From assembly GCF_001457615.1 (NCBI RefSeq), contig NZ_LN831024.1:330001-362000 (forward strand): a stretch of 32,000 nucleotides of DNA, read 5' to 3'. Origin of the DNA: Pseudomonas aeruginosa. GTDB lineage: Bacteria; Pseudomonadota; Gammaproteobacteria; Pseudomonadales; Pseudomonadaceae. The number at the start of each line of letters is the position of its first letter. Positions within the stretch are counted from its first letter, which is position 1. The notes under the pieces were generated by a model. It saw only the letters and a program-made list of their open reading frames with translations, had not been told where the DNA came from and searched no databases. This document shows positions 1 through 8,850 of this stretch, piece after piece. A program made the position numbers and the translations under genes.

Positions 1-345
1 AGAACCGGAACGCGGCCGGGTTTCCTCCGGCCACGCTCCCCTGCGAAGAGGTTCGACTCTTTTGCCCGTTCGTCCAGACGCTTCCTCCTGGGGGCCCGAC
101 GACCGGACGCAGTATCGACGACGAAGACGCTGCCATGGGCGCTGCGCCAATCTGCCGCGCCGGGGCCGGTCGTGTCGCTCGCACCGGGGCCGAGGGCCCG
201 GAAAACCTGAAACCAACACGCCGGTAGGGAACCCAGCTCACTCATGTTTCCCGGCGGAATCGTCGGGTTGTCATGAAACCCGAGTGATCTGGGCTTACAT
301 CGGCACTTGAAGAACACGGGTCGAACAGGCAGGGTGCTGCCGTGA

Positions 346-1467
<1,122 letters not shown>

Positions 1468-1478
1468 GTTCAAATTCC

Positions 1479-1498
1479 GCCCGGTAGCGTGACCGGGC
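1479..1498 (+). other. Intercistronic hairpin after the binding-protein gene (possible attenuator or mRNA stabiliser)
   Basis: GCCCGGT-agcgtg-ACCGGGC: 7-bp perfect stem with a 6-nt loop, 12 nt after the spuE stop and with no U-tract. It overlaps the GTG at 1489, which argues for the ATG at 1522 as the spuF start. Confidence 0.4.
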
Positions 1499-1521
1499 TC
1501 AACGACTTGGGAGTTGTGGTA

Positions 1522-2676
1522 ATGGCGATAGCCTCCGGTGCCTACAAGAAAGCCCTAGAGGGCAACCAGCAGCCGAAAGAGGTGCTGGTAAAGATCGACC
1601 GGGTAACCAAGCAGTTCGACGAGACGCTGGCGGTGGACACCGTGTCCCTGACCATCAACAAGGGCGAGATCTTCGCCCTGCTCGGCGGCTCCGGTTCGGG
1701 TAAATCCACCCTGTTGCGCATGCTCGCCGGTTTCGAGCGGCCCACCGAGGGGCGGATCTTCCTCGATGGCCAGGACATCACCGACCTGCCGCCCTACGAG
1801 CGGCCGATCAATATGATGTTCCAGTCCTATGCGCTGTTCCCGCACATGAGCGTGGCGCAGAACATCGCCTTCGGCCTCAAGCAGGACGGCCTGCCCAAGG
1901 CCGAGATCGACGAGCGCGTGGCCGAGATGCTCAAGCTGGTGCACATGACCCAGTACGCCAAGCGCAAGCCGCACCAGCTCTCCGGCGGCCAGCGCCAGCG
2001 GGTGGCCCTGGCCCGTTCGCTGGCCAAGCGGCCGAAGCTGCTGCTGCTCGACGAGCCGATGGGCGCGCTGGACAAGAAGCTGCGCTCGCAGATGCAACTG
2101 GAACTGGTGGAGATCATCGAGCGCGTCGGCGTGACCTGCGTGATGGTGACCCACGACCAGGAAGAGGCCATGACCATGGCCCAGCGCATCGCCATCATGC
2201 ACCTGGGCTGCATCGAGCAGATCGGCAGCCCGATGGACATCTACGAGACCCCGGCGAGCCGCCTGGTCTGCGAGTTCATCGGCAACGTCAACCTGTTCGA
2301 CGGCGTGCTGGTGGAGGACGTGCAGGACCATGCGGTGATCGCCTGCCCGCAGCTGGAGAACCCGATCTACATCGGCCACGGCATCAGCACCCGCGCCGAG
2401 GACAAGCGCATCACCTACGCGCTGCGGCCGGAGAAAGTGATGATCAGCGCGCAGAAGCCGGACAACCTGGAACACGCCGGGCACAACTGGGCCCAGGGCA
2501 CCGTCTACGACATCGCCTACCTTGGCGGCCACTCGGTGTACTACATCAAGCTGGCCTCCGGGATGATCGTCCAGGCCTTCATGGCCAACGCCGAGCGCCA
2601 CGTCGCCCGGCCGACCTGGGACCAGTCGGTGTACATCAGCTGGTACGACGACAGCGGCGTGGTACTGCAGTCATGA
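1522..2676 (+). CDS. spuF: Polyamine ABC transporter ATP-binding protein (PotA/PotG-like)
   Basis: Walker A GGSGSGKST, ABC signature LSGGQRQRVALARS, Walker B LLLLDEP and H-loop VTHDQEEA. The start is taken at the ATG preceded by GGGAG (384 aa) rather than the longest-ORF GTG at 1489. Confidence 0.9.
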   Translation: MAIASGAYKKALEGNQQPKEVLVKIDRVTKQFDETLAVDTVSLTINKGEIFALLGGSGSGKSTLLRMLAGFERPTEGRIFLDGQDITDLPPYERPINMMFQSYALFPHMSVAQNIAFGLKQDGLPKAEIDERVAEMLKLVHMTQYAKRKPHQLSGGQRQRVALARSLAKRPKLLLLDEPMGALDKKLRSQMQLELVEIIERVGVTCVMVTHDQEEAMTMAQRIAIMHLGCIEQIGSPMDIYETPASRLVCEFIGNVNLFDGVLVEDVQDHAVIACPQLENPIYIGHGISTRAEDKRITYALRPEKVMISAQKPDNLEHAGHNWAQGTVYDIAYLGGHSVYYIKLASGMIVQAFMANAERHVARPTWDQSVYISWYDDSGVVLQS

Positions 2677-3584
2677 AATTCGCCAACAGCCTGAAAAAGC
2701 GCATGCCCACCGGGCGGCATGCGGTCATCGGGGTGCCGTTCCTGTGGCTCTTCCTGTTCTTCCTGCTGCCCTTCGCCATCGTGCTGAAGATCAGCCTGGC
2801 GGAAGCGGACGTGGCCATCCCGCCCTACACCGAGATCTTCGCCTACGCGGACCAGCAGTTGCAGGTGCTCCTCAACCTCGGCAACTACCTGATGCTGACC
2901 GATGACCCGCTCTACATCGATGCCTACCTCGGCTCGCTGAAGATGGCCTTCATCAGTACCCTGATCTGCCTGCTGGTGGGCTACCCGATGGCCTACGCCA
3001 TCGCCCGCTCCAGCCAGTCCTCGCAGACCGTCCTGCTGCTGCTGATCATGATGCCGACCTGGACGGCGATCCTGATCCGGGTCTATGCCTGGATGGGCAT
3101 CCTTTCCAACAACGGCCTGCTCAACAGCGTACTGATGGGGCTGGGGCTCATCAGCGAGCCGCTGACCATCCTCAATACCAACATCGCGGTGTACATCGGC
3201 ATCGTCTATTCCTACCTGCCGTTCATGATCCTGCCGCTCTACGCCAACCTGGTGAAGCACGACCCGAGCCTGCTGGAGGCCGCTTCCGACCTGGGCGCGC
3301 GTAACTTCACCAGCTTCTGGAAGATCACCGTGCCGCTGTCGAAGAACGGCATCATCGCCGGCTGCATGCTGGTGTTCATCCCGGCGGTGGGCGAGTTCGT
3401 CATCCCGGAACTGCTCGGCGGCCCCGAGACCCTGATGATCGGCAAGGTGCTCTGGCAGGAGTTCTTCAACAACCGCGACTGGCCGGTGGCGTCCGCCCTG
3501 GCGGTGGTGATGCTGGCGATCCTGATCATCCCGATCATCCTGTTCAACAAGAACCAGGCCAAAGAACTGGAGGGCAAGGTATGA
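2673..3584 (+). CDS. spuG: Polyamine ABC transporter permease (PotB/PotH-like)
   Basis: 303-aa polytopic membrane protein. Its ATG overlaps the spuF stop (ATGA), consistent with translational coupling. EAA-like loop LEAASDLGARNFTSFWKITVP typical of the PotB family. Confidence 0.9.
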   Translation: MKFANSLKKRMPTGRHAVIGVPFLWLFLFFLLPFAIVLKISLAEADVAIPPYTEIFAYADQQLQVLLNLGNYLMLTDDPLYIDAYLGSLKMAFISTLICLLVGYPMAYAIARSSQSSQTVLLLLIMMPTWTAILIRVYAWMGILSNNGLLNSVLMGLGLISEPLTILNTNIAVYIGIVYSYLPFMILPLYANLVKHDPSLLEAASDLGARNFTSFWKITVPLSKNGIIAGCMLVFIPAVGEFVIPELLGGPETLMIGKVLWQEFFNNRDWPVASALAVVMLAILIIPIILFNKNQAKELEGKV

Positions 3585-3670
3585 GCCAGCACAGCGTATC
3601 CCGCTCCGTATCCCGTTCAACAGGCTCTCCATCCAGAAGCGTGGCCAAAGAACTGGAGGGCAAGGTATGA
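3557..3670 (+). repeat. Direct duplication of the spuG/spuH junction: two identical 28-bp copies, 86 bp apart
   Basis: GGCCAAAGAACTGGAGGGCAAGGTATGA occurs at 3557-3584 and again at 3643-3670. Each copy carries the codons AKELEGKV-stop, a GGAGGG Shine-Dalgarno and an ATGA start/stop overlap. The 58-bp spacer also contains CGTATCCCG twice (3594-3602 and 3606-3614). Confidence 0.9.
3581..3670 (+). CDS. Hypothetical 29-codon bridging mini-ORF created by the junction duplication
   Basis: Sequence MSQHSVSRSVSRSTGSPSRSVAKELEGKV. Its ATG overlaps the spuG stop and sits behind the same GGAGGG SD that spuH uses. Its TGA overlaps the spuH ATG at 3667. There is no evidence of a stable product. Confidence 0.25.
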   Translation: MSQHSVSRSVSRSTGSPSRSVAKELEGKV

Positions 3671-4536
3671 AGCGCTGGAATTTCTCCAACGTCATGCTGA
3701 TCGTCGGCCTGCTCTTCATCTACCTGCCGATGCTGATCCTGGTGATCTATTCGTTCAACGCCTCCAAGCTGGTGACGGTGTGGGGCGGCTGGTCGGTGAA
3801 GTGGTACGTCGGCCTGCTGGACAACACCCAACTGGTCAGTTCGGTCGGACGCTCCCTGGAGATCGCCTTCTATACGGCGTTCTCCTCGGTGCTCCTCGGC
3901 ACCCTGGCGGCCTTCGTCCTCACCCGCATCCCGCGCTTCCGCGGTCGTACGCTGTTCGGCGGCATGGTCACCGCGCCGCTGGTGATGCCGGAAGTGATCA
4001 CCGGCCTGTCGCTGCTGCTGTTGTTCGTGGCCATGGCGCAACTGATCGGCTGGCCGCAGGAACGGGGTATCGTGACCATCTGGATCGCCCACACCAGCTT
4101 CTGCTCGTCCTACGTGGCGGTGGTGGTGTCGGCGCGCCTGCGTGAACTCGACCTGTCGATCGAGGAAGCGGCGATGGACCTGGGCGCCAAGCCCTGGAAG
4201 GTGTTCCTGCTGATCACCATCCCGATGATCGCGCCCTCGCTGGCGGCGGGCGGCATGATGTCCTTCGCCCTGTCGCTGGACGACCTGGTACTGGCCAGCT
4301 TCGTCTCCGGACCCGGCTCGACCACCTTGCCGATGGAAGTGTTCTCGGCGGTACGCCTGGGCGTGAAGCCGGAGATCAACGCGGTGGCCAGCCTGATCCT
4401 GCTGAGCGTTTCGCTGTTCACCTTCTTCGCCTGGTACTTCACCCGCCAGGCCGAGGAGCGGCGTCGCCGGGCGATCCAGCAGGCGATGGAAGAGACCGCG
4501 ACCGACTGGCAGAAAGGCTCGCCGACCCCGGCCTGA
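3667..4536 (+). CDS. spuH: Polyamine ABC transporter permease (PotC/PotI-like)
   Basis: 289-aa polytopic membrane protein with SD GGAGGG. EAA loop IEEAAMDLGAKPWKVFLLITIP. Last gene of the importer cluster. Confidence 0.9.
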   Translation: MKRWNFSNVMLIVGLLFIYLPMLILVIYSFNASKLVTVWGGWSVKWYVGLLDNTQLVSSVGRSLEIAFYTAFSSVLLGTLAAFVLTRIPRFRGRTLFGGMVTAPLVMPEVITGLSLLLLFVAMAQLIGWPQERGIVTIWIAHTSFCSSYVAVVVSARLRELDLSIEEAAMDLGAKPWKVFLLITIPMIAPSLAAGGMMSFALSLDDLVLASFVSGPGSTTLPMEVFSAVRLGVKPEINAVASLILLSVSLFTFFAWYFTRQAEERRRRAIQQAMEETATDWQKGSPTPA

Positions 4537-4552
4537 GCCCTCCGCCGAAAAG

Positions 4553-4579
4553 AAAAGGCCACCTGCGGGTGGCCTTTTT
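4553..4579. terminator. Bidirectional rho-independent terminator between convergent spuH and hacB
   Basis: AAAA-GGCCACC-tgcg-GGTGGCC-TTTTT: 7-bp GC-rich stem with a 4-nt loop, flanked by an A-run and a T-run, 17 nt after the spuH stop. Confidence 0.85.
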
Positions 4580-4713
4580 CATTGGCGCGTCGGTGGCGGG
4601 AAATGCCTGGCTACGCTCCGTAGGGCGACGCCCGAGGCGTTATCCGCCGATAGCCCGTTGTATCCGGCGGACAACCACCATGCGGCTACTCGCCCGACCC
4701 CACGCCGGCCGGC

Positions 4714-7101
4714 TCAGCGCTTCGGCTCCAGCACCAGCACGCCCTTGCTGTTCGCCTTCACCTCGTTTTCCTCGTAGTGCTGCGGCAGGTAGTGGCCCTC
4801 GATGTAGGCCTCGGCCTGGTCGTCGTAGTGGCCGTCGAAGGGCACGCCGCTCTGCCCGACCGGGTTGATGCCGAGGCTGTGGGTCGGGTCGGCGAAGTCC
4901 ACCAGGCGCCGGGTCGATGGACCGTAGGTGACCGCCCAGGGGGCCGGGCCGATCTTCGCCGACAGATTGTTCGGTACCTCGTGGGTGCCGGGGGCGGCGA
5001 ACGGACCGACGTTGAGAAGGCGCCTGAGCAGCGCTTGCTGGCCCAGGGCGTGCTCGTGGGTCAGGGTATGCGCCTTGCCCCACAGCCAGCCGGACGGGTC
5101 GTTGCCGAGGGTGCTGCGCAGATGCGCGAGGGAGGCGTTCCAGGCGGTCCTGACGATATCCGCGCGGGTTTCCCGGCGTTCTGTGCGGCGGTCGTCCCAC
5201 CAGGGCGAGTCGGCGTCGCCAGCCAGCCGAGGCAGCGCGCTGTCGATGGCGCGGGTGGCGATCAGGCTGTCGAAGAAGGCATCGCCCAGTTCGTCGTGCA
5301 AGGCGCCCTCGGCAATCTGGAACAGCAACTGGTTGAACAGCGTGGCGGCGGTCGAGTCGACCGGGTAGTCGCCGTTCCAGGCCGCCAGTTGCTCGACCAG
5401 GCGCTTGCCTTCGGCGTCGTCGACCACCTCGCGCAGGACCGGCAGCAAGGGTGCGAGCAGGCGTGGCGCGTAGCCGGTGCGATTGCCGAGTTGCAGCGCG
5501 CGGCTGTTGTCCAGGTTCCATTTGGTGCCGCGGTCGGCCAGTTGGGTATCCAGCCACTGGCCGCGGTCCGCCAGGTTGTAGTAGCCGGGAATCGGCCGGC
5601 CATTGGTCGGGACCGGCTGGAAGTTGGCGGAGACGATGTAGCCGCGCGCCGGGTTTTCCTCCTGTGGGTTGTCGGCGAACGGATAGAAGCCGGACTTGTC
5701 CGCCTCGCCCTTGCTGCCGTCGAGGATGAAGCTCGGGTTCACCCCCTCCGGCCGCTTCGGCAGGGCCGCCGAGGCCCACCAGCCGATATCGCCGGCGGCA
5801 TTGGCCCAGACCAGGTTGAGTCCCGGCGAATGGATCTTCGAGGCCGCCGCGCGGGCCTTGGCCAGGGTATCGGCGCGATTCAGCTGGTAGAAGGCGTCGA
5901 GCACCGGGTTCTCGGTCTCGAGGAAAGCCCACCACATGGCGATCGGGGTCTTGCCGGAGCTGGCGCCGAGCGCGTCGTTGACGATCGGACCGTGGGGCGA
6001 GCGGCGCAGGGTGAGCTTCACCGGCGCAGCGCCCTTGACCGCGATTTCCTGCTCCTCGCTCTGCAGGTCGACCCATTCGCCCTGGTACCAGACCTGGTTG
6101 GGGTTGTCCGGGTTGACCTTCTCGGCGACCAGGTCGAGGTCGTCGTTCTGGAACATCGTCAGGCTCCAGCCGAACGCACGGTTGTGGCCCAGCGAGGCGA
6201 AGGGGTTGAGCGCCTGGTGGTGGCCATAGAGTTCGAAGCCGGGCGCGCTCAGCTGGGCCTCGTACCATACCGCCGGCGCGGCGAAGCGGATATGCGGGTC
6301 GCCGGCCAGCAGGGGCTTGCCGCTGGCGGTGCGGCTGCCGGCGACGACCCAGGCGTTGCTGCCCTCGAACTGCGGCAGGCCGGCGTCCTCCAGGGCCTGC
6401 TGGCTGAGACGGGCGAGGGCGCCGAGGTCCTTCCAGTCGCCGGCGCCCAGTGCGCCGGAGGGCGTCAGCACGCCCTGCGGATGCCAGTCGAGATCGAAGA
6501 TGCGCAGGTAGTCGCTGCCCAGTTCGTCGCGGATGTAGGTCAGCACCGGCTCGGTGCGGAAGGCGGCAGCGAAGCTGTAGGCCATGTAGCCGGCGATGCT
6601 CAGGGTATCTTCGGGGGTGAAGGGACGCCTGGGTATGCCCAGCAGATCGAATTCGAGCGGCGCCGGGTTGTTTTCCTGGAACTGGTTGACCCCGTCCAGG
6701 TAGGCCTCCAGCACTTTCCAGGGCTGCGACTGCTTGTCCTGGCGGGCGCTGTATTCGGCGGCGTGGTCGCGGATGCGCAGGGTGCGGAACAGACGGTCGG
6801 TATCCACCAGCTTGGGTCCGAGCACTTCGGCCAGCTCGCCGCGCGCCAGGCGCCGCAGCATTTCCATCTGGAACAGGCGGTCCTGGGCGTGCACGTAGCC
6901 GAGGGCGCGGTAGAGGTCGGTCTGGTTCTGCGCGTACAGGTGCGGAACCCCGCGCTCGTCGTAGCGCACGTCGACCGGCGCCTGCAGGTGGGCCACGGCG
7001 AGCGAGCCGTTGCGGAGCGGCTGCTTGGCATGGAGGTACCAGGCGCCGCCGGCAGCCGCGGCGGCGACCGCCACGGCGATCACGGTCAGGGTGCGTTTCA
7101 T
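4714..7101 (-). CDS. hacB: Ntn-hydrolase, penicillin-acylase family; N-acyl-homoserine-lactone acylase
   Basis: 795-aa ORF with a strong SD (AAGGAGAAAGGA). N-terminal hydrophobic export/anchor segment. Autoprocessing and nucleophile motif FEGSNAWVVAG (beta-subunit N-terminal Ser) followed by LLAGDPH. Its position after the spu genes matches PA0305/HacB as I recall it. Confidence 0.85.
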   Translation of the reverse strand: MKRTLTVIAVAVAAAAAGGAWYLHAKQPLRNGSLAVAHLQAPVDVRYDERGVPHLYAQNQTDLYRALGYVHAQDRLFQMEMLRRLARGELAEVLGPKLVDTDRLFRTLRIRDHAAEYSARQDKQSQPWKVLEAYLDGVNQFQENNPAPLEFDLLGIPRRPFTPEDTLSIAGYMAYSFAAAFRTEPVLTYIRDELGSDYLRIFDLDWHPQGVLTPSGALGAGDWKDLGALARLSQQALEDAGLPQFEGSNAWVVAGSRTASGKPLLAGDPHIRFAAPAVWYEAQLSAPGFELYGHHQALNPFASLGHNRAFGWSLTMFQNDDLDLVAEKVNPDNPNQVWYQGEWVDLQSEEQEIAVKGAAPVKLTLRRSPHGPIVNDALGASSGKTPIAMWWAFLETENPVLDAFYQLNRADTLAKARAAASKIHSPGLNLVWANAAGDIGWWASAALPKRPEGVNPSFILDGSKGEADKSGFYPFADNPQEENPARGYIVSANFQPVPTNGRPIPGYYNLADRGQWLDTQLADRGTKWNLDNSRALQLGNRTGYAPRLLAPLLPVLREVVDDAEGKRLVEQLAAWNGDYPVDSTAATLFNQLLFQIAEGALHDELGDAFFDSLIATRAIDSALPRLAGDADSPWWDDRRTERRETRADIVRTAWNASLAHLRSTLGNDPSGWLWGKAHTLTHEHALGQQALLRRLLNVGPFAAPGTHEVPNNLSAKIGPAPWAVTYGPSTRRLVDFADPTHSLGINPVGQSGVPFDGHYDDQAEAYIEGHYLPQHYEENEVKANSKGVLVLEPKR

Positions 7102-7125
7102 CGATCCTTTCTCCTTGTTGTAGTG

Positions 7126-7175
7126 CCGAGCATTCTGCGGATGCCGCCGGCCCGCGGCATTGACCGAATGCTCGG
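7126..7175. promoter_or_regulatory. 50-bp nested inverted repeat in the hacB / AraC-regulator divergent promoter region
   Basis: CCGAGCATTC(7126-7135)-tgcgg-ATGCCGC(7141-7147)-cggccc-GCGGCAT(7154-7160)-tgacc-GAATGCTCGG(7166-7175). The outer arms are a perfect 10 bp and the inner arms a perfect 7 bp. The repeat occupies about half of the 110-bp intergenic region. Confidence 0.5.
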
Positions 7176-7211
7176 ACCCTGGAAGTCTTTGGTCAATCGC
7201 GAGGAGCCGCC

Positions 7212-8264
7212 ATGCAGGACGACCCGTCTACCAGCCCCCTGACCCATTCCGCCACGTTGCGGCGTCTGTTGTATGAAGCCCTGGACGCCCTCGGGCTCGA
7301 CCCCACCCGCGTCTACCGCAGCGTCTACCGGCGTATCCCGCTGCCGCCGCCGACCCTGGGCGGCCGCCTGGTGCATGACAACGCCCCGTTGTTCTGGACC
7401 GAGCTGGCGGCGGTGACCGGCGATGCCGACATCGGCCTGCACCTGGGCGAGGCAATGAAGCCGCGCCTGCTCGATGTGGTCGGCTACCTGCTGCTGTCCG
7501 CGCGCGACCTGGAGGAGGCGCTGCGCAGCTTCGTGCGTTTCCAGCACATTCTCTCCGGCGGTTTCGCCGCGCGCCTCGAGGTCGAAGGGGAAACGGCAAG
7601 GCTGATCCTCGACATCAACTACCTGGGCTATGCCTCGCTGCGCCAGCAGATCGAATGCCTGATGCTGCTGTTCCTCAAGCTGCTGGCGCTGATCAGCGAC
7701 GACGAGTTCGTCGCCGAGCGCATCGAGTTCCGCCACCGAGCCCCGCCGCGGCTGGGCGAACACCGCCGGTTGTTCGGCAGGCTGCCGCTGTTCTCGCGGC
7801 CGCACGATGCCCTGGTGTTTTCCGCCGCCTTGCTGCGGCGTCCTTCGCGCAACGCCAATCCGGACATGCATGACGTGCTGACCCGCCACGCGGAAGAACA
7901 GTCCCGCGAACTCAGCGAGAACCGCTTGCTCAATCGCGTGCGCTACCTGATCGAGCTGCGCCTCGGGGAGGGCTATGGCTTGCGCCAGTGCGCGGCGGAG
8001 CTGGGCCTTGGCAGCGGTGCCTTGCAGCGTGCGCTGGCCGCTGGGGGAGCGAGTTTCCGGCAGGTTCGCGATGAGGTTCGCCGGCAGCGGGCGAGCGAGA
8101 TGCTGTTGGCCGGTCGCGCCATCCGCGAGGTGGCCAAGGCTTGCGGGTTCGCCGAGCTGTCGCCGTTCTACCGGGCCTTTCGCCGCTGGCACGCCGCGCC
8201 CCCGGAGCAATACAGGGCGCGGCTGGCGAAGCGGGAAGAGGGTTACTCGACCAGCGGTACCTGA
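7212..8264 (+). CDS. AraC/XylS-family transcriptional regulator
   Basis: 350 aa with SD GAGGAG. C-terminal double-HTH region (LRQCAAELGLGSGALQRALAAGGASFRQVRDEVRRQRASEMLL...IREVAKACGFAELSPFYRAFRRWHAAPPEQYR). N-terminal ligand-binding-type domain. Divergent from hacB. Confidence 0.85.
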   Translation: MQDDPSTSPLTHSATLRRLLYEALDALGLDPTRVYRSVYRRIPLPPPTLGGRLVHDNAPLFWTELAAVTGDADIGLHLGEAMKPRLLDVVGYLLLSARDLEEALRSFVRFQHILSGGFAARLEVEGETARLILDINYLGYASLRQQIECLMLLFLKLLALISDDEFVAERIEFRHRAPPRLGEHRRLFGRLPLFSRPHDALVFSAALLRRPSRNANPDMHDVLTRHAEEQSRELSENRLLNRVRYLIELRLGEGYGLRQCAAELGLGSGALQRALAAGGASFRQVRDEVRRQRASEMLLAGRAIREVAKACGFAELSPFYRAFRRWHAAPPEQYRARLAKREEGYSTSGT

Positions 8265-8746
8265 CGGCCGATCTCCAGGGTGGCGATGGCGTCGAGCTGG
8301 ATCTCGATCTGCAGGAAGCGCATGGCGCGCTTGGGCGAGACGTTCTTGGCGATGCGCTTGACGTACTTGTCGCGCAGTTCCAGACGGTCCTCCTGGAGGT
8401 CGTCGACACGCTCGATCAGCTTGCTCGCCTGGTCGTCGCTGACGTTGCCGCTGTTGTAGGCCTGGGCGTAGTCGAGCAGGAGCTTGAGGGTTTCCTTGCT
8501 GAGCTTGTCCGACTCGGTGCGGTAGGTGTTGTAGATCGGCCAGAACTTCTCGCCTTCCTGGTCGGTGAGGTTCATGTTGGCCTCGACGATGCGCTTGCGC
8601 TTGTAGTCGACGTCGGCCAGGTCGTTCTGGATCTGCGCCTGGTGCTCCTTCATCAGTTCCTTGCTGCTGGGCTGAGGGTCGTTCTGGGCGGCCATCAGCG
8701 GCAGGCTGACGAGGGCGAGCAGGGCGAGGGTGGGACGTAGGGACAT
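8243..8746 (-). CDS. Exported alpha-helical protein of unknown function
   Basis: Start chosen at the internal ATG preceded by AAGGAG (167 aa). The upstream part of the 243-aa ORF is R/G/P-rich off-frame-like sequence. Signal peptide MSLRPTLALLALVSLPLMA/AQ. The mature part is charged and helix-prone, with a CpxP/Spy-like LTDQE element, which is only a weak similarity. Confidence 0.7.
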   Translation of the reverse strand: MSLRPTLALLALVSLPLMAAQNDPQPSSKELMKEHQAQIQNDLADVDYKRKRIVEANMNLTDQEGEKFWPIYNTYRTESDKLSKETLKLLLDYAQAYNSGNVSDDQASKLIERVDDLQEDRLELRDKYVKRIAKNVSPKRAMRFLQIEIQLDAIATLEIGRQVPLVE

Positions 8747-8808
8747 GCAGCGACTCCTTGGTTCGGCAACGGCCCCTCGTGGGCCGACCCGGGCAGTGTA
8801 GCCGCTAC

Positions 8809-8834
8809 GCCTTCCGGCGCCCCCTCCGGAAGGC
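8809..8834 (-). terminator. GC-rich hairpin between two same-strand genes (possible terminator or attenuator)
   Basis: GCCTTCCGG-(8 nt)-CCGGAAGGC: 9-bp perfect stem located 17 nt downstream of the stop of the 8851-9426 gene. No U-tract. Confidence 0.35.
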
Positions 8835-8850
8835 CCGGTGTTGAGCCAGG

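Noticed and set aside
12-34. Hairpin GCGGCCGG-N7-CCGGCCAC at the extreme left edge as a terminator of the upstream gene
   Set aside because: The stem has an internal mismatch and no U-tract, and the upstream gene is outside the window. It is mentioned only as part of the structured leader and is not called as a feature.
50-60. GGTTCGACTCT 11-mer shared between 50-60 and 23590-23600, reminiscent of a tRNA T-arm (GGTTCGAxTCC)
   Set aside because: No acceptor or anticodon arms can be folded around either copy. Many chance 11-mer coincidences are expected within 32 kb, so there is no evidence for tRNA remnants or att sites.
4580-4713. Three short stem-loops (CTACG-ctc-CGTAG, ACGCC-cga-GGCGT, TCCGCCG-N15-CGGCGGA) between the spuH terminator and the hacB stop, considered as a REP-like element
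   Set aside because: The stems are short (5-7 bp). I could not find a second copy of the sequence in this window, and it does not match any Pseudomonas REP consensus I can recall. Whole-genome repeat counting would be needed.
4777-7242. 821-aa ORF on the plus strand (with 4640-6268 on the minus strand in another frame) overlapping hacB
   Set aside because: It lies antisense or off-frame to a gene with clear Ntn-hydrolase motifs. The translation is a monotonous A/G/R/V/P-rich sequence with no motifs, SD or plausible start. Stop-free antisense frames are expected in DNA of about 66% GC.
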